Assembly: GCA_964016885.1 (NCBI GenBank)
Contig: OZ024745.1
Location: forward strand, 117,614,001-117,678,000
Length of the DNA stretch: 64,000 nucleotides
Source of the DNA: Eledone cirrhosa
Taxonomy: Eukaryota
Direction: 5' to 3'
Shown here: one piece after another, positions 51,291-62,969 of the stretch
Position numbering within the stretch: the stretch's first letter is position 1
Layout of the letters: each line of letters starts with the position of its first letter
The notes under the pieces: generated by a model
What the model saw: only the letters and a program-made list of their open reading frames with translations
The model's database searches: none
What the model was told of the DNA's origin: nothing
Program-made: the position numbers and the translations under genes

Positions 51291-51828
51291 GAATAAATAA
51301 TGAATGAATATTACATAATTTATCTACTAAATTTCGTAAACAACAATAATTTCGTAAAAATAAATAATTTAAAATTGACTTCTTTTCAAAGATGCACTTC
51401 CGGTATATCGTTGCCCCCACCATCACTTCAACTACCATATATATAGAAAGAGAGAGTGTGTGATATCAACACTTCCGGTGGCGGTCACTTAAATAAACAT
51501 ACTAATTTTCTCCTAATGCAGTTTATATATAATATCGTCTTTTTTTAATGTATCATGGATTACGTTACTGATTACATAAGAGATGTAACAGTCTTCATTC
51601 AATTTCTGTTTATATTGTCAATTACGATTTTAGTTGATGTATCATATCTACATGTATATATACTTGCATATAATATCAATATACACACTACACACGATAG
51701 CAGAAAACCACCTGAAGGGTGGTGTTCTGCTAGTTTATATAAATGTATATCATTTGATAATTTAGCTGGCAATCAATGTTTATCCTTTATTGATCAACAG
51801 TTAAAAATATAAATATAGATATAGTTTT

Positions 51829-51871
51829 TCAAAGTTCTTTCATCACACATATCTGTGACATCCTCAGTGAT
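51829..51871 (-). ncRNA. Hammerhead-ribozyme-like motif in a diverged copy of the 37.5-38.3 kb repeat
   Basis: Minus strand AUCA-CUGAGGA-U-GUCACA-gauaug-UGUGAU-GAAA-GAACUU-UGA; compensatory stem-II changes relative to the other two copies. Confidence 0.55.
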
Positions 51872-52039
51872 TATCATGCGTCCATGTTTCCTCCTGTTTT
51901 GTTCCTGTTGCCACTACTTGAATTGTTGTTGTCGTCATTGATGATGATGATTATAGTATATTACGCTATTACATGTTCCAGCTGAGGTCTGTTGATATTA
52001 TTAAAAATAATTTTATAATTACAATGCTTAAAGATTATA

Positions 52040-52227
52040 ATTGTTTCTACTTTTGGCATAATGCCAGCAATTACCCCAGTGTATTACTGGAACTTTATTT
52101 TATCGACCCCATAAGGATGAAAGACAAAGTTAACCTCAACGAGATTTCAACTCAGATCATAAAGGGCCGTAACTCTGTGCTGCAAAGCATGCTGTCCGAC
52201 TCTGTACAGATACTGCCAATCCACCGC
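52040..52227 (-). mobile_element. tRNA-derived SINE (short form), TSD CTTAAAGATTATAAT
   Basis: Direct repeat at ~52027 and ~52228 flanking the SINE. Confidence 0.9.
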
Positions 52228-52339
52228 TCTTAAAGATTATAATGAAGGAGAAATGGAATTCTGTAACATTTATTTCGTTTCCAAAACATTATCACCATTA
52301 AAGAATTGATTTTATAAGAGAATCCAAAATGATTTGTGA

Positions 52340-52928
52340 ATTTTCTCACTCAGATTCTAACATCTTTCCCTACAGGATTCACATATTTTCTCACTCAGAT
52401 TCTCACTTCTTTCCCTACAGGATTCACATATTTTCTCACTCAGATTCTCACTTCTTTCCCTACAGGATTCCCATATTTTCTCACTCAGATTCTAACATCT
52501 TTCCCTACAGGATTCCCATATTTTCTCACTCAGATTCTCACTTCTTTCCCTACAGGATTCACATATTTTCTCACTCAGATTCTAACATCTTTCCCTACAG
52601 GATTCACATATTTTCTCACTCAGATTCTCACTTCTTTCCCTACAGGATTCCCATATTTTCTCACTCAGATTCTCACTTCTTTCCCTACAGGATTCCCATA
52701 TTTTCTCACTCAGATTCTCACTTCTTTCCCTACAGGATTCCCATATTTTCTCACTCAGATTCTCACTTCTTTCCCTACAGGATTCACATATTTTCTCACT
52801 CAGATTCTAACATCTTTCCCTACAGGATTCCCATATTTTCTCACTCAGATTCTCACTTCTTTCCCTACAGGATTCACATATTTTCTCACTCAGATTCTAA
52901 CTCCTCTCCCTAGAGGACTCACATATTT
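52340..52928. repeat. 45-bp minisatellite, ~13 copies, intronic
   Basis: TTTTCTCACTCAGATTCT(AACA/CACT)TCTTTCCCTACAGGATTC(A/C)CATA. Confidence 0.97.
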
Positions 52929-52939
52929 CAACATTTACT

Positions 52940-53290
52940 TTAACCTTTTCATGACTATTTCTAATGAAATACACTCTATTTTAATTCATTAATGAAGAAA
53001 TTTGAGTGATTTACTAAAATTATTAATTTTTTCATTATTAGGATAGTAACTTAATGAAAAGTTCTTCTATCAATGATAGGTTCTTATTATGTTGGACAAT
53101 TTTAATATAAATTATTTGTACACTATTCTATGTACTATACATGCACCTTTGATGAGTTGTAGTGCACCTGAACACTGTACACAATAATTTCATTATTATT
53201 TTCATTATTAAATTGGAAACCTTTAAAATGGGTGGTTTTATTTTATAGAACCAGGGCCAGTTTTGGCCGGATTGGTAACTAAAGGGTTAA
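52940..53290 (+). mobile_element. piggyBac-type MITE family 2 carrying a CR1 3'-UTR fragment (~53113-53210)
   Basis: TTAA-CCTTTTCATGAC...GTAACTAAAGGG-TTAA; insert matches CR1 3' end at 17754-17845. Confidence 0.8.
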
Positions 53291-53764
53291 TTTAACAGAT
53301 CATAAATGTTGTAGGTGGGGAAAATGTGAACTTGTGATGTTCAAGCTTTTTCAAGTCTAGAAATACTGTCCATATATCTGGCACAAAACTTTCCCTTACT
53401 GATATACATTTTGAACTTCTCTCAACAGGAAGGTCATCCTTCTGGTAAACAGAATTCACTTACTAGTACACTTCACCACTTGCTTATAGTCTCTCTCACA
53501 CACAGTACCCTTCCATATATGCACATACACACAAATAGAGGGTGTGTCACCCCTCTCCTCTTACTCATCACCCTGTCAAATCTAACCATACATGTCATTC
53601 ATCCCTAATATTACACTTAACTTCCTTCTCTCTACCCCTTCCATAGAATAAATAGGGCTGTCAGTTGAGTCAATGACCCAACAACGTTTTTAGTGCTGGT
53701 ACCACAGTTGTTGGTAATAGGAAGGGCATTCCACTCTAGAAACCATGCCAAAAAAGGCTAATTC

Positions 53765-54200
53765 CTTCTTACGCTAAACTCTGCCAGTTGCAGACTGCAC
53801 ATTAACATGTGATATCTCTCTCCACAAAGTTCGATCACCAACAGCAGAGTTCAAAAAGCACAGATCAAGTCCAGTCCATAAGTTGACATTGTCAAGCCAT
53901 CGTTTTGGCTGCCGACCTCTGCTTCTCTTACCAGCCAACCTTCCTTCACACCACGAGTTGATCTTTTTTATGTGACCGTATAGTTTGAGTACACTTGACT
54001 TGACAATTGATGTAATTAGTCTAAGTTTGGTAATGTTGAGCAGCTCACTGATACAGATACAGTTGCTGAGCCACTTGCCAGTCATAAGTCTCATGATATG
54101 GTTCTGGAATGTAGAGGGCTTCGGAAGTGACCTTGTCGTCCAATTAACACAGTCTGGTAGCATGTAAGTATCAAAAAGGCTAATAGAACTCTTTGTGTCA
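53765..54200 (-). mobile_element. RTE-like LINE 3' fragment
   Basis: LKLYGHIK..EGRLAGKRSRGRQPKRWLDNV..DRTLWR. Confidence 0.8.
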
Positions 54201-54666
54201 ATGCATGACAACCTCCCTAATATTGGTGATCTACACAATAAATGCACCCAGTAAACACTGTAAAGTGTTTGGTGATATGAAGGGCATCTAGCTATGGAAA
54301 GGTTGCCAAACAAAGAGTCAGGAGGACTCTTCAGCTGTTTCAAAAACATGTTAGTGCCGGAGTTATGATGTACTTGGTAGAGTGTCAAAACTTATGTAAT
54401 TGAGGTGCAGACCCCAGCCCATCCTAGAGACTAGTAACTCCACTTGAGAACTGATTCAGTCTGTGAAAATCTATTCCACCCTTCATATCAGGGAAGATGA
54501 TGATAGATCCAGGGTGTCTTTCCTTGGTAGGAGGGATTTGAGGGAGATTTGGCTGCTATTTTTAGGTGAATGAGTGATTGTATAGAGGCTCTTTCTTTGG
54601 CTTATGTGTTTGGAAGTAAAATCCACTGCCATTGGCTTACTGTATGTTGAGGTAATATATGCATTG

Positions 54667-54859
54667 TTAACCCTTTAGTATTTACATTATTCTATACAAA
54701 TTGTATTTTTGCGGTAAAGGGTTTCTCACATAATATCGAATCTTTATTTTGAGAACAATACCTTAACATCAGTATGAATAGCCAGTTACAGCCAGATTGA
54801 ACAGAAAGAGGTGAGAGAATTCTGGCCAGATACAGCTGGTTTAAATGCTAAAGGGTTAA
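54667..54859. mobile_element. piggyBac-type MITE family 1
   Basis: TTAA-CCCTTTAGTATTTA...TAAATGCTAAAGGG-TTAA. Confidence 0.88.
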
Positions 54860-54952
54860 ACTAGTTCAACCTTACAATATAATCAAAGGTGTCATTAAAC
54901 ATAATTAATAGTTGGTACAATGTGAGCAAGTCTTTTCCACATTGAGCATATG

Positions 54953-55195
54953 AAAGGACATAGCTTAGTGATTAGGGTGTTTAGATCACAATCTTAAGGT
55001 TGTGAGTTAGATTTCCTGGACAGAGTGGCTTATTGTATCCTTGAGCAAAACACTTTATTTCATGTTGTCCCAGTCCACACAGCTGGCAAAGATGTATCTA
55101 TGGAATGCTCAGGAACATACATGTTAACTTCACAAGCAGGCTGCTCTGTTGATTGAGTCAAGTGGAGCACTCATATCCAGAAATGACAGAAGTCC
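54953..55195 (+). mobile_element. Decayed tRNA-headed SINE
   Basis: TAGCTTAGTGATTAG head and CCTTGAGCAAAACACTTTATTTCA core, as at 33046. Confidence 0.7.
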
Positions 55196-55370
55196 AACAC
55201 ACATTAAACATATCAAATACTGGTCATGAAGGATTTTTACCAAGAGAGAGAGTGTGTGTGTGGAAATAAAATATTGCATACAAATATTTAAACTTTTGTA
55301 TTTGTAAATATATATATAGTTATAAAGTGTGAAATTAACATATTTTTGTCTTTATAATTATGCATTTTAG

Positions 55371-56161
55371 GTGAACATGTTGAAGAAAGACAAAAGATTG
55401 CTATAGTTACAGGAGGAACTGGTGGCATAGGTTTTGCCACCTCCAGAGCTCTTGCTGCTCAAGGTTATAATTTAATTCTAGGTTACCTTTCTGACAGTGA
55501 AAACGCTAAGAAATGTGCACTGGAATTGAAGACAGATTTCAACATTGAGGTTCAGACAATTGGCAGAGATGTTAATGAAGAAGACACTATAAATTCCTAC
55601 TTTGAATATTTAGATAAATTGAATGGCAAACTTACAGCTATAATTCATACTTGTGGACTTTACTTACCTGATTCCATTTCCAAAAACCCTGATACCCATT
55701 TCACTACATTTGAAACATATGATTATTACCAGGATATTTATCCTAAATGTTTCATACGTTTAGTAGAAACTGGTATAAAATATATGGAAGATGGCAATGG
55801 TTATATAGTTTGTTTATCAAGCCCTGGCTGTAACCTTAACGACCATGTTAGACTAGGTTATATGATGCCAGGTACAGGAAAGTGTGTACTTGAGTATTTG
55901 TCTCGTCATTATGCCAAAATGTTAGCAAAGAGGAGAATAACTTGTAATTGTATAATTCCTGGCTACATACACACAAAACCTTGGAAACAGTTGGAGGAAA
56001 AGGTCGGCCGTGATATTGGTTGCATAAGAACTCCGATGGGTCGATGGGGTAAACCTGAAGAGATAGGAGATTTTATTTCATATTTATGTTCGTCTAAAGC
56101 AAGCTTTATAACCGGTGCTATTATCCCTATTGATGGAGGTTTGAGTCTCGGCTCACAATAA
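55371..56161 (+). CDS. Short-chain dehydrogenase/reductase, enoyl-ACP reductase (FabL/FabI)-like; complete catalytic domain in the terminal exon
   Basis: Acceptor TGCATTTTAG; IAIVTGGTGGIG Rossmann motif, IVCLSS, Y-x6-K (YMMPGTGK), NCIIPGYIHT, TPMGRWGKPEEIG..FITGAIIPIDGG; TAA at 56159-56161; AATAAA twice at ~56177-56189. Confidence 0.93.
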
Positions 56162-56252
56162 CATTTCAGAGGAAAAAATAAACAATAAATTTATAGAAAC
56201 CATGTATGAAGCCAAATCTTTAGCTTTTAAGCACTGAGAATATATATATATA

Positions 56253-57168
56253 CTAGCTGAATTACCTGGCATTGCCCGGGTTACTGCTGTTCTTATTCAT
56301 TATTAAACAATAAATATGAAGATATGTTTTTTTCTTTCTCATAATTATTTCAAAAAAAGTATCAAAATTGTAATGAAAATAGAATTTAGAAATGAAAATC
56401 AGTCAATCTTGAAGCACCTTAGGGTAAACAATATTCATTGTGTAATTTTTAGTTGGTGTCCAAATTAATAAATTGTTGCAACACACTCACACACATACTC
56501 TCGCATACATATACTAAGACAGACACACATTGACATACATTCACACAGACACACACATAGCTGTTCACATCTTTTTTTTTTGTCAGTTGCTACATATGTA
56601 CATGTATGTGTAGATGTGTGTATGTATTTAATAACTACCTAATGATGAGACATAGACATATTCATATACAAAATGTGATGTGTTTTCTATTGTTTTAATC
56701 CAAATGAAAATAAAAATGATCACACATACTCTGACACACACATACACTCACACACATACACTCTCACATACTCACACACACTCTCACATACATATACTAA
56801 GACAGACACATACACATACAAAATGTGATGTCTACACTCATATACACTCACACACATTATGTAGATGTATGTGTGTGTTTAATTCTCTGAGGCCTAATGT
56901 ACATAACGAATGCACAAACACAAACACTCACAGACACATACACACACGTATACAAAATGTGACGTTATCATTGTGGTGGTGGTGGTTTACTTTAGTTGAC
57001 TATAAAAATATTATTTTATATAAAATGTTATATTGTTTTAATCCAAATGAAAATAAAAATTACATGTTGACACTCCCGGAGTCTAATACCTTGTAAAATT
57101 TGATTTGATTTAGTCCAACCGTTAGAGAATGCATAGGAACAGACAGACAGAGTGAAGTATAAATTAGA
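56253..57168 (-). mobile_element. Non-autonomous Helitron
   Basis: Minus strand A|TCTAATTTATAC 5' end with (CTGT)n; 3' hairpin ACCCGGGCAATGCCAGGT, then CTAG|T. Confidence 0.82.
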
Positions 57169-57524
57169 TATATACATGTATATATATGCATATTGTTATA
57201 CGTTGGGAGGGTCATGTTGCCAATAAAAACACATGCACCTGTTAGTTTTCACTTCAATTTATTATAAATTTCCAGTTGGTTGGTTCAATAACCAGAAGGT
57301 TGTTTATATATTGTCAAAGCTTAATGGTTAAAGCATCTAGCCGGTATCTGGAAAATATGAGGTTCACTTCTTCATAGCGGTTGTTGGCAACTTCTTTTTA
57401 CATCTTTTAAGAGTCTTCACCCTATTTTAAAAACTATCTTTATAGAATTTCTGTGCTTGAGTATTTTCGTTATACTTACATGCACAAACACACACTAACA
57501 CTAACACATATATATATATATATC

Positions 57525-57760
57525 TCATCATCATCATCATCATTTTACGTCCGCTTTTCCCTGATTGCAAGGGTTGGACAGGTCCTATTCAGCACAACAT
57601 CTCTCCACTTGTTACGGTCCTTTGTCATCTCCTCCGTGAGTTTCAGCGATCTTAGGTCTGCTCTCACCACCTCCGCCCATGTTTCTACCTCTACTGCGTC
57701 TTCCTTCTACTGGGATTTCTTGGCACTTCTTTACCCAGCAGTCATCCTCCATGCACATCA
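57525..57760 (-). mobile_element. RTE LINE 3' end with (GAT)n tail
   Basis: Homologous to 20562-20820. Confidence 0.88.
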
Positions 57761-58164
57761 CATATATATATAGGAGAAAAGTCAGGACCCTGACGGCTGA
57801 GCTCCAGTCGTTTTGACAGCTAGATCCGTTATATATACATATATATATAAATAATTTTTTTTTTGTGTGTGTATTTCATTAAAAAAAAATCTTTTGCTGT
57901 TTCAGCATTATTTAATAAATAATTAATTTTTCAGTCAACCAATGGCCTTTTCTTAATGAGTTATTCAATTGGGTAGAGGACAGTACTTATAACACTTGCT
58001 TCTCCAACTATATATACAATATTATTATGGAAGAAGATTATAATCTTAAACCCTTTACATCCATTTTTGTGAGTTGTCAATATCTCTTTGGAAGATTTAG
58101 TTCTTTCTAGGATACAAGACATGCCCTTGGCCTTTGGACTCACTGCTTTCATTAAGCTGCACAC

Positions 58165-58410
58165 TTAACCCTTTCATTACCATATTTCTAATGAAATACA
58201 CTCTATTTTAATTAATTAATGAAGAATTTTGAGGGATTTACTAAAATTATTAATTATTTTATTACTAGAATAGTTTCTTAATGTAAGGTTCTTATATAAA
58301 ATTATTTTGAAAGAATTTCATTTAAATTAGAAACTTTTAAAATGGGTGGATTTATTTCATAGAACCAGAGGTGGTTTTGGCCAGGCCGGGTTTGTAACTA
58401 AAGGGTTTAA
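58165..58410 (+). mobile_element. piggyBac-type MITE family 2, uninterrupted copy
   Basis: TTAA-CCCTTTCATTAC...GTAACTAAAGGG(T)-TTAA. Confidence 0.8.
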
Positions 58411-60429
58411 GGTTCACATATTAAGAAATTTTCAAAATAGAGTGTAAATCTATGAAGTGGCTGTTTGTGAAATTCTTCTTGATATCAAAGTAATGCTCAG
58501 GTAATTGAATAAGGAAAACTTCGAATTAGTGTAAAAATCTGTGAAGCAACTGTCAGATTATTTTTATGGTTGATTAAATTTCATTAACATATTTTTAATG
58601 AAATATGTACATTATGTTTTTCAGTTATTTTTGTAAATAACCACTCATTTGAAGGAATTTAGAAACTAACTGACCATATTAAGTTGGAATTTAATAGAGA
58701 GCTTAACAAACATATTATGTTCTTCCATGACATTTTTTTAATTTAAATATAAATACTTTAAAACGAGGTTTAAAAAACCGGTGCTAAATATCGGTCGGTA
58801 TTTGTTTATAGTCGCCTGTCGTTGCCTGAGAGAAGGAGTTTTTGTTTATTAATTACAAGGATAATCCAAGTGAATCGAAGTTTTTCAACGCTATGTATTA
58901 CATGAGAATTTCTGTATAAAAAGAAAACCCGAGTTATTCCCCTTGCACCAACAACGTGATTCTTTTTTTCCGTTTGCATAAGATTGAATTATCTCCCTTC
59001 TCCATCGGTACGCTGCAGTTAAAAAGGCTAAACAGCGCTATGCACATAAAAAAAAAAGTTAAATTCGAGTTAATATATTTAGTGCAGAGAACATTAAACA
59101 TCCGATGACTGAAACCAATAAAAGAATATTCACACACACACATAGTCTTAAAACGAAACATTAGAGTGACACTGATTAACAGAATGTTGAAGACCAGGGT
59201 CGTGTTTTGACTGGCTCAGCTAAGGTGTGTTCCATTTTCCTTTCAATGTTGTACAGCAGTTACTTCAGAATATTGTGACTTTTTTTTTAGCTGTTTATTT
59301 ATTTTTTGTCTTTATCCGGCCAAACGTCTCACTGAGTATTACCCAAATGCTAATATGGTCAGCGTGTCTCTGTATAGAGTTTTAGCAGTTAGGATAATTT
59401 ATAGTTAGTAGCGCCACGAGTAATTAGTTTGGTAGAAAGATGTGGTAAGAACATCGACAACGACTTGGGCTTGTTTTACATTATTTATTAACAAGGTTGA
59501 GCTGTGTAGAGCAGGCATGCCAGGAGAAATAAAACAAACGAATTAAGAATTTCAGAAGGCACTATAACAAAATACTGGTGTCTATGAATATAACAAGACA
59601 CTAGGTTGTGTATATAAAGTTTAATCAACAAGTTGCAGTTATGTAGAACAGAATAGTTGACAAGTCAATGAAAGAATGAAGTAAAGTTATTTGTTACCGT
59701 TTTGAAGTTAGCTCGCAAGAGGCCATGTTAGGGTCGCCAGACGAACGCGCCTGTCCGAAGGGCCAGGCAGGTTAGAAGGCCAGGAAACGAAAGGCAAATG
59801 AGAGTGAGATCGCTCTGAGTATCCCATTTATAGGGTCCAAGACGGAAGTGACCAAAAAGGGTTCTGCCACCCCAACGGGAAGTAACTCCAGCTACTTCCT
59901 GTCTAGAGAGCGGTGATGTGATTGTCACAACAAAGGAGGCAACTCTTGCTATATTACCTCTCGCCAGATTTTTAAAACATAAAAATCGAATGAAACATGT
60001 ATGGAGTAAGATGGCGAGCATGTAACAGGCATGAAAATTACGAAAAAAATAATGCTTGCAATAAAAGGAAAACAGCAAAATATATGCATGCAAAAATCAA
60101 TGATAGATTACAAGGTAGCCAACCGCTCTTGGCCAGAGAACGACTGGACATCTATCTATCCGTCACTCAAAGATACAATGTAATCAAAGTAAAAGAAAAG
60201 GTCAAAGTTCAAATGTTCAAAATACAGTTCACATGTGTGCAATCACATGACAGCAGGAAAGAAAGTGTGTTCCAGAGAATGAATGCAGGTGGTTTCTGGT
60301 CTGTGGTATAACGTGAAATGATCACTTCAGCCAGTGGACCGTGCTACAGCACGGTCCACTGGCTGAAGTGTTGTCAGGCCGTGGTTAAGTTGTTGTGTTA
60401 CATATTGGCTAGTGATTTCACAACGAAAG

Positions 60430-60609
60430 AAAGTTAGTTGTTTACCTTTTCACAGTCAGGATGCAAGAGCGAGATTTCTCGAATCGACGCGGGAATTTTT
60501 CCCTCAGGGCGCATAGAGATACATTCTTCTCCGCTGGCGGTCAAGGGTTGGGCTGAGCCAAATAACACACGGAGAATGTATGTGAGCCCGCGGAATGTAG
60601 GTCACTATA
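60430..60609 (-). mobile_element. LTR 5' part (same family as 36771); the element may extend left to ~59380
   Basis: Reverse complement TATAGTGACCTACATTCCGCGGGCTC..TACATTCTCCG..GAGGGAAAAATTCCCG. Confidence 0.65.
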
Positions 60610-60759
60610 GAGTCTTGTATCCAGCACCACCTTATCACCATAGAAATTCTCAGATGAGACCCTGCTGTCTAGTGTGTCCATATGAAAAGTGACTCATTTT
60701 GTCCCAGGATTTTTGTAAACATGTTCCTTTTGACCCAGTATAAGCCTCCTTAATCGATA

Positions 60760-61165
60760 ATCATCATCATGATCGTTTAATGTTTATTTTTTCATGCTAG
60801 TGTGGGTTAGACGAGTTGTCCCGTTGTGAGACAAGTCAGGTCAGATGACCAGTCTTACTTATCAGAACTGTTTCTGGCTTGATTTCTACGGCTGGATGCC
60901 CCTCCTAGCGCCAACCACATTTACAGTATGTACTGGGTGATTTTGGTCATGACACCTACACAACCACTTTACACTGTGTACTGGGTACTTTTTGTTGTGA
61001 CACTTCTACGACCACTTTACAGTGTGTACTGGGTACTTTTTGTTGTGACACCTCCACGACCACTTTACAGTGTGAACTGGGTACTTTTTGTTGTGACACC
61101 TCCACGACCACTTTACAGCGAGGACTGGGCGCTTTTTATCGTGATACCAACACAACCACTTTACA
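60760..61165 (-). mobile_element. SINE with RTE-type tail and internal 48-bp tandem expansion (~60914-61165, ~5 copies)
   Basis: (CAT)n, CATGCTAGTGTGGGTTAGACG tail; repeat ACCACTTTACAGTGTGTACTGGGTACTTTTTGTTGTGACACCTCCACG. Confidence 0.85.
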
Positions 61166-61764
61166 TTTAAATGCCAAAATTTATTCCGTTTTGTTGTTTT
61201 CTATTATCTATTTTCAACCTTAATACCCAAAGCTCTCTTGCATGTGTTTGTGTGTGTAGAGAAAAAGAGAGAAAGAGATTGAAAAGTGACTGACAAGACT
61301 AGTTCTGTTTCCTTTGTAAAGAATATTTATCTTCCTTACACAAATTTACATTGTTAATATATTATGTTTACAGTATATTCTATTCCATAAATTTATGCAT
61401 TTTTTTTCTCCAACACAAACACACAATTTTCTACATTTGTAAGAACCTATTTGTTTATCAAATAACTATAGATATTACACAAATGTCCATTTCTAGTAAC
61501 TTTTGCTAAGAATTTAATTATGTACATACTTTATTCAATAAGACCAGTATCCTTTCGTTGTTTACATGGCACCTTATATAAACTAAAAGAGGGGTTCTTA
61601 CTTAAAGCCCACGTTAGTGATATCTCACATAAACACTTCAGAGAACAAAGTGGCATTGTGACATAAACATTTGGTAAACACCAAGTATATAGCTAACATA
61701 CTCCTCATAATGGATAGCATATCAATAAATTTTACTGTAAAAAAAAGCAAGTGTCTTCTGTGGT

Positions 61765-62035
61765 TATGAAAATGGAAAAGGAAAAGCAAGGGCTCTAGTC
61801 ACAGAAGGATGGGAGGGGGAGGGTGATAGGGCCTAGGGCGTGGCAGTATTGGACAAGGCAGCAAAAGCCTTCCTGCGGACAATCTTGTGGAGGAGCTTGG
61901 CAGTACTGGATCCAAGTATGCCTGAGGTCTTGACAGCGACTGGTGCAAAGAGGAAGCGGCTGGGCAATCCCTAGTATTTGTTTATCTTCCTTTTCTCTGT
62001 ATTGTGGGAAAACGTCTAGGAAACAACAGCCAGAG
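61765..62035 (-). mobile_element. CRE-clade 3' fragment (same family as 23025-24780)
   Basis: Homologous to 23210-23545. Confidence 0.75.
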
Positions 62036-62088
62036 CAGTACAAATAAAACTTCTAGTTATACATTGGCTCCAAGACAAACATTGAAAC

Positions 62089-62376
62089 CAGTAGTTCCCA
62101 AACTTTTGTGCACCATGCCAAAACATCTAAAAAATTGTTATGCCCCCTTGACATGAAAACAACAATGATCAACTGCCAAGTGTAAACAAATTGGTGTAGG
62201 TGGTGTCAGGTACACAATGTGTGGAGGAGGAAGTGAGACAGGAGTTTCTAACAGTAATGTGTAGCAAAGCTGCCTTGGTGTAAAAGTAATAAGCTAAAAT
62301 ATGTAGTGTGTTCTTATTAATATCATTTTCAAATTGCCCCTCATCTGAGACAAGCACCTCACATTGGGAACCACTG
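62089..62376. mobile_element. hAT (Charlie-like) MITE
   Basis: CAGTAGTTCCCAA...TTGGGAACCACTG TIR; imperfect 8-bp TSD ATTGAAAC / ATTTAAAT. Confidence 0.75.
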
Positions 62377-62427
62377 ATTTAAATAGAAAATAAGAGATAC
62401 ACCACGTCTGTTTATACAAATAAATAT

Positions 62428-62550
62428 GAAGGCGTGCGGATGATTGGTTAGAGAACTAGATTCACAATCCTGAGGTTGTGAGTTTGATTCCTAGACTGGG
62501 CGATGCATTATGTCCTTGAGCAAGACACTTTATTTCACGTTGCTCCTTCT
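62428..62550 (+). mobile_element. tRNA-headed SINE 5' fragment
   Basis: Homologous to 33046-33165. Confidence 0.75.
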
Positions 62551-62969
62551 ACCTGGAGTTGCGACTGATAGATAATATTAGCAATCGGAAAGACCAACGG
62601 AAACCTTGTTTCCTCGGTCCGATTTGACAAAAGTCAATCGACTGTCAATTCATATGGAAACTGTGACTGTCCCTGCATAGAAGAGCAAACAAAACACAAG
62701 ATAAAAAACACCCACTGAATAAAAGAAACACTAATCAACAAGAGGTATTTTAACAAACTATTAAAGCAAGTTATAGAACTACAAAGGAATACACTGCAAC
62801 AAACACAACAGATACTACAACTGTCAAAAATAAACAAACTGTTTAATGAATCAAATGCATGTTGCTATAGAATTGGTGAACACAGTATAAAAAATCATGT
62901 AAAAACAGAACACAAAATACCTAACCCACTAAATAACACTAGAGTAAAGATGCCAAACTTAATATATGT

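Noticed and set aside
52329-52992. 194-aa and 218-aa ORFs
   Set aside because: By-products of a stop-free 45-bp minisatellite; no domain or donor-site support
55371-56161. Bacterial contamination as source of the SDR
   Set aside because: AT-rich codon usage, splice acceptor, upstream exons, poly(A) signals and flanking host repeats show it is integrated
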